NCBI RefSeq assembly: GCF_041956535.1 | Contig: NW_027192222.1 | Span: 84,426 to 148,425 of the forward strand | Direction: 5' to 3' | Source of the DNA: Calcarisporiella thermophila CBS 279.70 | Lineage: Eukaryota; Fungi; Calcarisporiellomycota | Length of the DNA: 64,000 nucleotides | Part shown: positions 1 to 10,581 of the stretch, one piece after another | Numbering within the stretch: position 1 is the stretch's first letter | How the letters are laid out: every line of letters starts with the position of its first letter | Made by a program: the position numbers and the translations under genes | Notes under the pieces: model-generated | What the model saw: the letters and a program-made list of their open reading frames with translations, nothing else | Told to the model about the DNA's origin: nothing | Database searches by the model: none

Positions 1-305
1 CGGAGGTGTGTGGGTTATAAATACGGGTAAACAGAGCTTGGCGAGGAGAAAGAGAGGAGTGTGTCATCGTTTTTAGTGCCTGTTTCCATTAGAATGAGTT
101 CAACTGGTAAAATGAGAGCAGGTGGTAAAATGCACAAACTTACTGTTAATGCTTTAGGTCCAGATATTCGTATTACAGCGATGCCAGCTTTACCTGGTGC
201 AGAGGAGAGAGCAAATATTGTATCATGCTGGGGTATATGGCTTGTTAATGTACGCTTGAAGAGGAATGCCTTGTGGTGAACCCAGAAGGGTCGGACGCGC
301 AACAT
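1..305 (-). CDS. MSS1: Mitochondrial tRNA modification GTPase (MnmE/GTPBP3), 5' part; continues beyond window start
   Basis: Exon 1 (305-144) gives a presequence-like N-terminus then DTIFALSSAPGKAGIAVIRISGPKAL, the TrmE N-terminal motif. GTAAGT donor at 143. Confidence 0.85.
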
Positions 306-845
306 TATTTCTCGAGGCCAAGGTTTTGGAGAATCTTTGTATAAATTTGTGACTTTGTATCTAGAGCCTTGAAATTTGACACGATATGCTATCTAAACGA
401 AATACTCTAGTGTAAACGACTTGAGTTATCAATTAAAATAAGCGTAAATAGAATAATGGAATTATATTTTTTTGTCTAGTAGCACGGATAGATAGACTTG
501 TTTAATAGAAGCGGAGCCATTTGCTTCACATTAAACGCGAAAATTTGAAATAATGCTTTAAGATATTTGCTGTATCCCGAGAATGAATTATATTTCATTG
601 CACTACACGTGGTCCTAAAAGCAATAAAACCACCTTCTAGTTAGAAACCATCGTTGTGGGCGTCTTGTTTTCAATTTACATACAAAAGTTCAAGTTTTAT
701 TCCAGATTCACCCTATGAATCTATATTCACAAGGATGATTCTAATCTTCCTAATATGGAATATCCTCTTTATAAGAGAATTTCTCAAATTCACAAATAGT
801 GCACTGATCTATTGTAAGAAAAGATCAGATTAAAAACGAAAGGTC

Positions 846-1600
846 ATGGGATCCGGAGAGTCAAAGCCCGAGACGCTCATCTTCTACAATTCCGATGTTC
901 CGATTCGGGTATCTATTTCTATGTCCTCATAATCTTCATGTAGATTTATATCCAACATTCCATCCATTTTGTCGATTAGTTTTCGGCTGATTTAGTCCAT
1001 CAGCTCGAGGCAGAGCGTGGTGTAAGAGAGCTTAGCAGTTCCCATAAAATACTATGCATTATAAAAATGGTTAATCTCCGTTGTGTTTAGAATGTTTCCG
1101 CATCTCGTGAAGATATTGAGCGACAAGTTCGGGCGCGTGTTCAAGAAGAGCTCAAGCGCTTGCATGAGCAACAAGAGGAGCTACGTGAACAATCAGCTCG
1201 TGAGTTAGAGCAAAAAAATTCAACGCACCTCGGAAATGCAGTAGTTACTGAACGAGACATCGAGGCAATGATTGAAAAAACCAAAAAGTAAGTATCCAAA
1301 TCTCTTTATTATGTGAGTTTTTTTATGAGTAAATGGAGGCCAATGAATAATGCATATATCCTTGGTGTACAGATATGAACAAAGAGAAATCCCTAGAGAG
1401 GTGAAGGAACGGCAAGAAGCGGTCATTGCATGTTATCTGTGAGTATATGTCTTTTGCTAGATGTGAGTTCAAGCCATGATTTAACGGATTTTTGAACTAG
1501 CAATAATAAAACACGGCCTCTTGACTGCTGGGAGGAAGTTCAGACTTTCAAGGAGAGTGTGCATAGGATGCAGAAGGAATTTGTTGCTGCCCATCAATAA
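846..1600 (+). CDS. MIC19: MICOS subunit Mic19 (DUF1690/CHCH-type), multi-exon; missed by the ORF track
   Basis: Hand translation: MGSGESKPETLIFYNSDVPIR (N-myristoylation-type start), a coiled-coil middle (IERQVRARVQEELKRL), and a C-terminus ...VIACY / NNKTRPLDCWEEVQTFKESVHRMQKEFVAAHQ* with TAA at 1598-1600. GT-AG introns. Confidence 0.8.
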
Positions 1601-1791
1601 ACTATAGAATTTTTGTACTGTGCAATTATTAAGCCAGGTTTTGCCTGAATTTTCCGATCCCTTGGATTAATTCACAACTGCTCACTTTTTTCCTAGTCAC
1701 AATTCTCCCGTCACAGAACCTAAAAAAGTTTATCCCTCTTCTGCCGCTCCTCTCTTTCGATTATTAAGAGATCTGTAATTCAATATTTATC

Positions 1792-3880
1792 ATGATCAGA
1801 ATTCACTATGGAGGCTTACAAGTGCTCCGTCATGCCGCTACACGGCCGTTACCTCGGCATACCCTTAGAATGACTCACTCTACCCGATACCCATGTCCTA
1901 ATTTTTTTAGAAATGCAAGCTTTTCGCCACCAAGACGCCTAGTCACTCCCCTACCATTAATGACCTGCACAAGGCGTCTATCATTGCTCTCTTTCCCGTT
2001 TTTGCAACATCAAACACCAAAAGTTCTTCCCGTCCAACCATCGATTGCCGACTCCACTCTGTCATCTCTCTCTAATCCTCAAAAATCCCATTATGCATGG
2101 TTTCTTCAATTTCTTAGTTTCCTTCGGCGTCTTGCAGAGCCAATTATAATCATTTTAAGGTTTTTGGATTTGGTTCGAATATTTTTCCCAGTTATTTTTT
2201 GCAGCCCGATGCTGTTGGTTGGGGAGAGAATTCCTGAGTTGGATGGAGCAAGAAAGGGCGCAATTTGGTGGTATCGGCTGTTGGCAGCGCAAATGGAACG
2301 AGCTGGCCCAACATTCATCAAGGTTAAATAAACAAATTCACATTATATTCGGTTGTATTGGCAGCTCACATTTCATTTGTCATTTGTTAGTTGGCTCAGT
2401 GGGCAGCTTCGCGCACCGACCTTTTTCCTGTCGGATTCTGCCGGACCGTTGGCCGCCTACACTCCCAAGGCATCCCACATCCCTTTTACTGGACCCGTCG
2501 CTCAGTAGAGGCGGCATTTAACATGCCACTGGAGGAGATATTTTGCGAGTTTGAAGAAGTCCCCCTGGGCGTCGGAGCCATTGCTCAGGTTTATAGCATT
2601 GTTTTTTCAAAATCTAGCGTGTCATTTACTGAACTCTTCCAACCTTCAAACCCTAGGTCCATAAAGCGAAGCTAAAACTCAACACCCAACTCTTGTCTGA
2701 TCCCTCCAATCCTGATTGCGTTGTCTGTGCGATCAAAGTTCTCCACCCCAATGCTGCAACATCAATTCGAAGAGATCTCACCATACTTGAAACCGTAGCA
2801 TGCTTCATCAACATCTTTCCAACCATGTCTTGGCTCTCGTTACCAGATCAAGTGAGAGAATTTAGCCAGACCATGATGAGCCAGCTTGATCTTCGGGTCG
2901 AGGCTTCGAATCTTGAAACATTTATATCTCACTTCAAAGACAGAGAGCGAGTCAAGTTTCCTCAACCTATTTTGCCCGCACACGATGTGCTGGTGGAGGA
3001 ATTTCAGAGAGGTGTCCCACTGGAGCGATTTTTAGAACTAGGCGCAGGCGAATTTGATGCACAACTGGCACAGACGGGCCTGGATGCCTTCCTGCACATG
3101 GTCATCATGGACAATTTCGTGCACAGCGATTTGCATCCGGGCAACATACTGGTTCGATTCTGTAAGCCCTTGGCTAGGAGTTTACCTTTGCAATACTGGG
3201 CTCGGTGGCGCCATAAGCCTTTAGTGGATGATTCACAATCAGATGAAGTCGTTGCGCGGTTGATGAAAGCTTTTGAACAAGGCAAAGATGAATGGCACCG
3301 GGAGTTGAGTTCGGTGAAGGCAGAAGGATTTGTTCCTCAGTTGGTGTTCATTGATACGGGCCTTGTCACGGTTCTCAACGGCGAGAATCGCCGTAACTTT
3401 TTGGATCTATTCCGTGCCGTAGCCGAATTCGATGGCTATCGGGCCGGCAAACTGATGATTGAAAGATGTCGCACGCCAGATCTGGTGGTAGATGGTGAGG
3501 TCTTCGCTCTGAAAATGCAGCATCTTCTGCTCAGCATCCGACCCTCGAGCTTGCGCCTCCGCAGTGTCGAGATAGGGGATGTGTTGCACCAAGTGATGGA
3601 CATGGTTCGAAATCATCATGTTCGTCTCGAAGGCAGCTTCATTAACCTTGTCATGTCTATCCTACTTTTGGAGGGCATTGGACGCCGGTTGAATCCAGAT
3701 ATGGACTTGCTTAAGAGTGCGCTCCCGATTTTGCGAAAGCTTGGGACAAGCGATATGAGGGGTGCATACGAGATGGCGAAGGAGCTGCCTGAATCGGGAT
3801 GGTGGTTGAAGGTGTGGATATTCTTGGAAATGAAAGACTTGTTCGAATCTAGAAGAGAGTACGACGAGTACCCAATATAG
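1792..3880 (+). CDS. ABC1/UbiB atypical kinase, ADCK2/Cqd1 (YPL109C)-like, 3 exons
   Basis: AGPTFIK-LAQWAASRTDLFP, GVGAIAQV, AIKVLHP, NFVHSDLHPGN and FIDTGL motifs; mitochondrial presequence-like N-terminus. Confidence 0.9.
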
Positions 3881-5059
3881 TAAGTAGCTCTTTAATGCTG
3901 TCTACAATTTCTCCATGCTAATGTGGCCAATTGGGGCTCTCTCCTATTTTTTCACTCTTAATAGCGACTTCTGCGCATTCCCAACTACTTAACTCTTCAT
4001 TCAAGCGAACGAAACCTAGATTTTCTCTTTCTGTATGCGTGTTGTATTTATATATTAATATATAGATGATATGGACAATCACAAAGAGCTTGAGATATAA
4101 ATAGCATGTAAAAACATGTAAAGATATTTATAATTTCTGATATTTTGGAGAAATCTATCCAGATACGTGCGGTAAAAAGAAGGTCATCTTTAGTCAACAG
4201 TATATTTGGAGATATAAGACGAAAAAATGAGAAAAAACATGGATTCAATAACTTATCCAAGTGTCCCAGTTTTGGACCCAATCATATAGTTTTTGGAAAC
4301 TTTCGATAAACAACAGCTTTAGCAAATTCTCCTAATGAAGGCTTTTTGTAAGACAAGCAAATTTTGGAAGTCCAAGAGTCGCAAATAGCTTTTGTCACAT
4401 GAAGTGTTGGGAAGGAACGATCAAAAGCTTAGGGTTAGCTAAGGAATCGCTAGGATGGAATCTTATTAGCTATTAATCCGACACAACACTTTGTACGTCA
4501 ATTAATTTTCTTATATACGGTATTTATATATGTAATATGTTAAAATGGTATTCTTTTTTCAAATATGATAAAAGTTTGAAACATACATGTAAAAAGAGAA
4601 AAATTGTTGGAGGGACTTGAATGCTACTATGTCTTCATCTTACAAATCAAGCTTTTATGCAAATTGGCATTGATAATTGGATAGCGCGAGAAGAGAGCCT
4701 ATTGCAACAGAAAACAGATCTCGAGCAAAATATATTAAAAAGCTACCATCTTGAACGATTTTGTGTTCAAGAATTTTCTTGTGTCTTGTCTGAATTTTTT
4801 TCTTGCAGTGATAATTAAATGAGAGTGCTAAGTCAGTTCTACTGCACCATCCCCCGTTGTCCTCCTGGAAAAGTAGGATAATACATAAAGTCCCGGTCTT
4901 TGTATTATTGCATCTATTTTTTTCTTACAGCTCTATGATATTCGCCTACATATCATTACTTCGCTCATTCCCTTGCGCATTACTATCTGCAAGTTTTCGC
5001 AAGCCATTGTAGCTTGTAATTCTTGAAGTGCACCAGAGGGCCCATGAAAGTCTAAAAAA

Positions 5060-6875
5060 TCAGAGCTCATTTTCATATACTGCCCAATTCGAGCCCATCA
5101 GGAGAGGGAGATCTGCACGCGATACAAGGGTAACTGGATGTCCGCAGAATAGACTCCTTTCTGACATCATAGTATTGCTTGTTGTGATATATACATAATG
5201 GACACCTTCAGGCAGAGTCTTCTCGAGTTCGAGCTTCAGAGCTGCGGCATTTGGAAACCGCGGAGTGTTCTCTTTGGTCAGACAAAGAGACATGTAATAT
5301 TTGATAATCGACATATTATTCATCGTATATGTATCCTTCGGTTTCTTGATAATTCGTTTTTTGAGATCAGTAACCTTGGACCAGTGTTCGTTGTATGGCG
5401 ACAAAGAAATTTGAATAAAGTATAGTTCGCAGTCCATTGAATATGCTAATAGATCTGCAACTGAGTGTCCCTTTTTCAGAATTATTAGAGTGCCCGGTTC
5501 CAAAGCAGATACAGCATGCAGCGTCGAAATTTGTTCGATTGTTTGGATGAGGGTAATATTCCAAGTTTTCCTTTGTGGCTTTCCCGTGAGGGTCCTGCCA
5601 TTGAAGCGGATATCAATGCGCTTATGTGGCCTGAAGGTCAAGGTAATCAGAAGCCCGAATGCTCGCCATTTGAAAGATGGGTCTGCTAACTGACGTTAAA
5701 TCATTTAAGTTAGCGTTTGTAAACATACACACACAAAAAAGATAACATTGAATCTACCAACAAATTAATAGATGGCTAATACGATTGCGCCATATACTGG
5801 ACAAAAGCCCTGATCACGGGCGGACAGATATATACCCATACTCCTGCCCGTGATTTAGGGACAAACAAACCACTTATTTTCCATTGCAACGGTGGCTCCC
5901 ACAGCGACATATTTGTAGCAACTGCTACCGCGTAGTCATGGATCTTTCGCTGTTCAAAGGGGTCCATTTTTTCTGCACGGTCAAAGGTTTCCCTGATTTT
6001 GCTCTTGTATAACTGGGTAGCTCGATCGTAAAATCCACCGGTGTTGTCGCGAATTTTACTGAGAGAAATGTCCAGTTGTGTATACCAAGCCTCACACCAA
6101 AAAAATATCATCCGCGGAATAAGTCCTGAATGATATCGAATCTGGTTGGCATCAATAACTAATAAATAGTTAAACATGAAGTGAATTAAATTCAACAGAC
6201 ACTGTCCGAAGTTAAACTGTACCTTCGGGAAGTCGCTTAAAATTCTGTTGGCATTTCAAGATGGAGCTGAATTCATCTTTGTCATAGGGTAGAATGTCAA
6301 TCATAATCGTCTGTGCATCGGCGTTCCAAAATTCTTCATATAGATCGAAAGAAGAGGAAATGGCATAGAGCCAAAAGCCCGACTGCTAGAAGCAGATACA
6401 TTCATAAAACAGTAGTAATAATCGAGATGAATGCATTATGCGAGACATACCAGTCTGTTTTTGGTGAAAAGTTTCAACACTTGGTTGCTCATATTTTGGA
6501 GAGAGCACCTAGCATTCCATTCATCGACGGCAACGGGAACCGGATATTTACAACAATTAAGGTATAGTTAGAGCAAAGTAATCATTTTGAGGTATCGATA
6601 GAGACAGAGTTTAACTCACTCAAACTGTGCATTAAGAATAACATTAAAAACCATTTCTAGAGTTTTAAACGGATCCTTGTAGATGTACTTAACAATACAG
6701 TCATACAGAGATAGATTCTGATTTTGCTCTTCATTGATGCCAAAATATCGAGATATGAGCTGACTAAGAGACTTTTCGACTTTGATTGTCTTAAGTTTAG
6801 CTTTTTCAGCACTCAAAAAACCCATCAAAATATTCATAGCAGCTCCTGCTTCATTAAGTTGACTGAGTTCTCCCG
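5060..6875 (-). pseudogene. Crinkler-like NTPase + restriction-endonuclease-fold gene remnant, 5' part lost
   Basis: Exons translate to a Walker-B-like VAVDEWN (~6510-6535), SGLIPRMI, and C-terminal VADLLAY...YFIQISLSPY (PD-(D/E)xK-like). In-frame TAG at 5776-5778 and no clear acceptor AG near 6560. Family call is by motif resemblance only. Confidence 0.5.
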
Positions 6876-6938
6876 CTGAAAATTAACATATATACAAGAT
6901 TATTTTTGTTAGTGATCAATGAAAATAAATTGACTCAC

Positions 6939-8873
6939 CTGATGACAGAGCCAGTTTCGTTCCCAGGAGTTGATGCACCGACTTCCAAAGGTTGCTGATG
7001 AACCTAGGGTCGTGGTCTGATATAATAGTTTGCGGAATGCCATGGAGCCTGAAGATGACCTCGAAGAATATTTTGGCAATGGTGACTGCGTTGGAGGTGG
7101 TATTTGTGGCGACGAAGTGAGCCATCTTGGATAGTCTGTCTACGAATACTATAATTGCATCGTGACCCTTTTTGGATTTTGGTAGGTGGGTTATTAGGTC
7201 CATAGAGATTTGTTGCCAGCGCTGGGATGGTGTAGATAATGGTTGTAGTAGGCCTATTGGAGCTCGGTTGTTTGCTTTTGTTCTTTGGCATGTGTCGCAG
7301 CTTCTTATGTACTTCTTGACACTCTCGACCATTCGTGGCCAATAGAAATTGCGTTGCACACGTTCATAAGTCCTCTCCACTCCCAAATGTCCAGCTATTG
7401 CAAGATCATGGTTTTCCTGGAGCAGCTTTGTTCGAATCCCCGGATCTTCTGGAATATAAAGGCGATTTTTATCTTCTTTCTCATCTCCGTAGAGGAGTAA
7501 TCCATTCCGCAGCTCGTAGTATTTGATCAGATGATTCAGCTCTCGCGGTACCGGCAAGTCGGGGTCTCCCAGTTGTTTCACTAAGTCGTTAAATATAGGA
7601 TCATTAGTATACTTGGATTTGATTTCCGTCAAGAATTTTTCAGGGATTGCGAGGTGGATATCGCGCTAAGCATGAGGTCTGGCCTCCTGGACAGTGCATC
7701 GGCTACAACATTGCTTTTACCGGGCTGATAAATTATCTCATAGTTGTAGCTCTGGAGGGTTTGCATCCATCGTGCTTGCCTCCCCGTCAGGGTGGGCTGT
7801 GTGTTGAGGTAACGCAGGGGTGCATGGTTGGTATATATCCGGCAATAGGTGTATTCCATGGGCAGTTTCTGGCGAAGTGACCCGTCTTTCTGCAGCGAAG
7901 GCATTCTCCCATTTGGATAAGTAGGTTCCGTTCCCCTGGGGCTAGTTTCTTCAACCGTTGTGTCTGAACGCCGTCTATCTCCAGAGGAATGGCATGGTCG
8001 AATGGCATGTGGCTTGTTGGTTGACGCATTGGGCTGGGGCTTGTGTTTCTATGGAAGCTTGGGTATTTTACTTGGTCAAAAACGTTTGTGAAGTTAATTG
8101 CTTCCTTAAGGGATTTGGGTTGGCGGATCTTGACATCTGCTTGAGTGTTAGGTTTCAGTCCTCTGATGAAACAGTGGAGTGTCTCCGAGTTGGTCATATC
8201 CGGGATATTGTTGATTATGGTCTGGAATGTGTACGCGTACTCCCGGACGGATCCAGTTTGGCGAAGCCTGTCAAGTCGTTCGCGTGCGATGACTTCGGAG
8301 CCAATAGGTTTAAAATGCGTGTGGAACAACTGGGCGAGGTGGTCAAAATTGGTTGGCATGAGTCCTTGGTTGGACTTGGCTCGTCTCTCATATGTATTCC
8401 ACCAGGCCAGTGCATTTCCTCTCAGATACGAAATTACATAAAGGAGTTCGTCCTGGGGAGGTAGCTTATACAGCTGCAAGAATCTTCATATCGACGCGAT
8501 CCACGAATCCACGTCTTCCTCATAGTTACCGTGGAAATAGACGGGTTTACCGGGTTGGGGTGTTGACTTTGGTTCAAGGGCAGGGGGTGGAGTTGGAGTA
8601 GACTTCTTGTTTTCCTCGACTTTGGCTTCAAGTGAATTGTACGCTTCATTAAGCTGCATGATGTATCTGTACAACTGCGCAGGGTATGCGTCGGGTGTCA
8701 CTTCCATGTCCATGGGGTTCATATTGATTGAGTTTATGTGTTTCAGGGTTACTAGGGAAACTGGGTTACTTGGGATCTAAGGTACTAGGGGAAATTGGGA
8801 ACTAGGAGAAGAAGTGGGTAGTACCTCATCTACAGTAAGGGGAATCTGTATCCTTTGGTTAGTTCTAGTTTTC
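6939..8873 (-). mobile_element. Internally deleted Ty3/Gypsy LTR retrotransposon (gag, RNase H tail, truncated integrase)
   Basis: Gag at 8722-7860 (LRGNALAWW, LRQTGSVREY, knuckle CLRCRKTGHFARNC) joins directly to the RNase H end (YTNHAPL...RQARW...YQPGKSNVVADALSR). Integrase follows (GHLG...CDTC, ISMDLI, VDRLSK, ISDHD) and stops before the catalytic Glu. Frameshifts near 8480 and 7630. No protease or RT; LTR boundaries not resolved. Confidence 0.9.
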
Positions 8874-8888
8874 CAACTTAAGAATGCC

Positions 8889-8994
8889 TTTTTTATAACA
8901 AAGGACCTTTATTGAAAAGTATCCTATCCTGTTAAAAAGGTAGGGTAGCTTCTACGTCAAAAGCACCCAGGTAATGTTCCTGGCCTATCTTGCA
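8889..8994 (-). mobile_element. 5'-truncated non-LTR retrotransposon (3' UTR only), copy B
   Basis: Diverged repeat of 9013-9116, with AATAAA and an A-tail on the minus strand. Flanked by CAACTTAAGAATGCC (8874-8888) and CAACTTAACAATACC (8995-9009), 13/15 identical, read as a TSD. Confidence 0.8.
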
Positions 8995-9012
8995 CAACTT
9001 AACAATACCGCG

Positions 9013-10420
9013 TTTTTTTTTAACAAAGGACCTTTATTGAAAAATATCCTGTACAGTTAAAACGGTAGGGTAACTTCTACGTCAAAATCACCTGGGTACT
9101 GCCCCCAGCCTACCTTAAAGTGGTTTACAAGTGAGAAGAAAGTAGATAGATTGTTAGAGTTGGTTGATTTGAATGGTTGAGTATGTAAGATAGTAAAATA
9201 TAGATAGAAAATTTTTCTTTACTCTCGCATATCGTTTGATAAGCAGAAAGCAAAGGTGCTGAAAGAGAGTGACATTTACTGTCGCTGCAATATATATCTA
9301 AGCTCATGTTCCGTTGGGACTTCTGGTCGTTTTTACCTTAGTTTTAGGGGGGCTCTTGGTCTTTGAGGGGCTTTTTGGCTTAGTGATAGTTTTCCGTGTT
9401 GGATGATTGATGCGCGTGGGTGATTTAGTAGGACTGAAGTCGAACTTCAGATTCTTTTGGGAGGCTAGGAATTCTTGCAGGTTCACCGTCTTGATTTCGG
9501 GGCTCCTCTTGGCAGGCACGCTGGATGGTTCAAATCCGGATATTTCGCTGAACACTTTGGATTCTAGAGATTTGGTATTAGGAGTCTGTGGGGTACTGGA
9601 TATTTTAATGGTATTTTCTTGTTTCTTCTCTGATTGCTCGGTCTCACCATCCGTATTCATTCTATCTGGCGTGGTTTCACCAATGAGCGGGATGAGTGTT
9701 TGCACGGGCTTATTTCCTTGGTGCTGTTTATTCTTCTTTGGGCATTCTGTTCGTATGTGACCAGGAGTCTTACAGTAATTACACACTGGAGTAGATCCTC
9801 TCCAAGAAAGGATTATCTTGTCCTCATCGATGGATAGCTGGCGAGGTAGAAGGTTTTCTAAAGGTTCCGTGGTTTCAGGGTTCGGTTCAAGTATGGCGTA
9901 GCAGTATTCTTGTAACCACCCCGTGTTGCCATAGTATTGGAAGTCGATCTGAATGACTCGAGCATACTTGGACAAGGCTGCTTCCAATTTTCCCCTGAGG
10001 GATTCCTCTTCCTGACCAGGGAGATCGTTAATTCTAACGTTTAACACTCTCTGGGATGTGGAGAGAGTCTTGTAACAGGGGACTTTCCGATCATTATTTG
10101 ATTACCTCTTGAATATTTACCTCATTCCGGAATGCGAGAATGTTGGTCTTGGAATGTCCAAGGATCTTGATGGCTGCCACTTGCTTTTGATACTTCTCAT
10201 ATATTAGCTTCACTGCTTCTTGGGATGAGAACTCAAAACGCGAAAACTTGAAAGTGACCGAGTTTTTGAAAGAAGATCTAGGCGGGCTTGTGTTGACATT
10301 CTCCAGAGTCAGTCTCTCGACTGGGTCTTTGGTTTTCCGGGTGCTTGCTACGTGTAGAGCATCCGCGTAGGATGGATGGATATCAGGGGGAACACTAGCC
10401 ATTTTCTTATCGCGTTTTCT
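9013..10420 (-). mobile_element. Non-autonomous LINE-like element (ORF1 plus ORF2 stub, poly(A)), copy A
   Basis: ORF1 from ATG 10402 to 9304 (frameshift ~10095) has an RRM-like region, CCHC knuckle CNYCKTPGHIRTEC and a basic low-complexity tail. An ATGA overlap leads into a 60-aa ORF, then AATAAA and A9 (9013-9021). TSD is CTTAACAATACCGCG (8998-9012) / CTTAATAATACCGCG (10421-10435). Confidence 0.85.
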
Positions 10421-10507
10421 CTTAATAATACCGCGACGCAAGCGTGACTGCTTAAATAATTCTCCTTATCAAAAGATTATTTTCTTTCATCAAAAATCAA
10501 AGTAGGA

Positions 10508-10581
10508 GTTTTCGTGGTGTAGTTGGTTATCACGTCTGTCTAACACACAGACGGTCTCCGGTTCGAATCCGGACGAAAACA
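10508..10581 (+). tRNA. tRNA-Val(AAC), intronless
   Basis: Acceptor stem GTTTTCG/CGAAAAC-A, A-box TGGTGTAGTTGG, anticodon arm TCTGT-CT AAC AC-ACAGA, T-arm CCGG-TTCGAAT-CCGG, and downstream T-runs (Pol III terminator). Confidence 0.97.

Noticed and set aside
4048-4820. Short ORFs in the AT-rich gap as a gene or DNA-transposon relic
   Set aside because: Fragmented, with no diagnostic motif or terminal repeats that I can support.
8939-9114. The 3' structure as a hammerhead, HDV or twister ribozyme
   Set aside because: No CUGANGA/GAAA core or other recognisable catalytic consensus on either strand.
8889-9116. The ~105-bp direct repeat as Gypsy LTRs or a simple tandem duplication
   Set aside because: Both copies are on the same side of gag-pol, lack TG...CA ends, end in AATAAA plus an A-tail and have their own TSDs, which fits non-LTR 3' ends.
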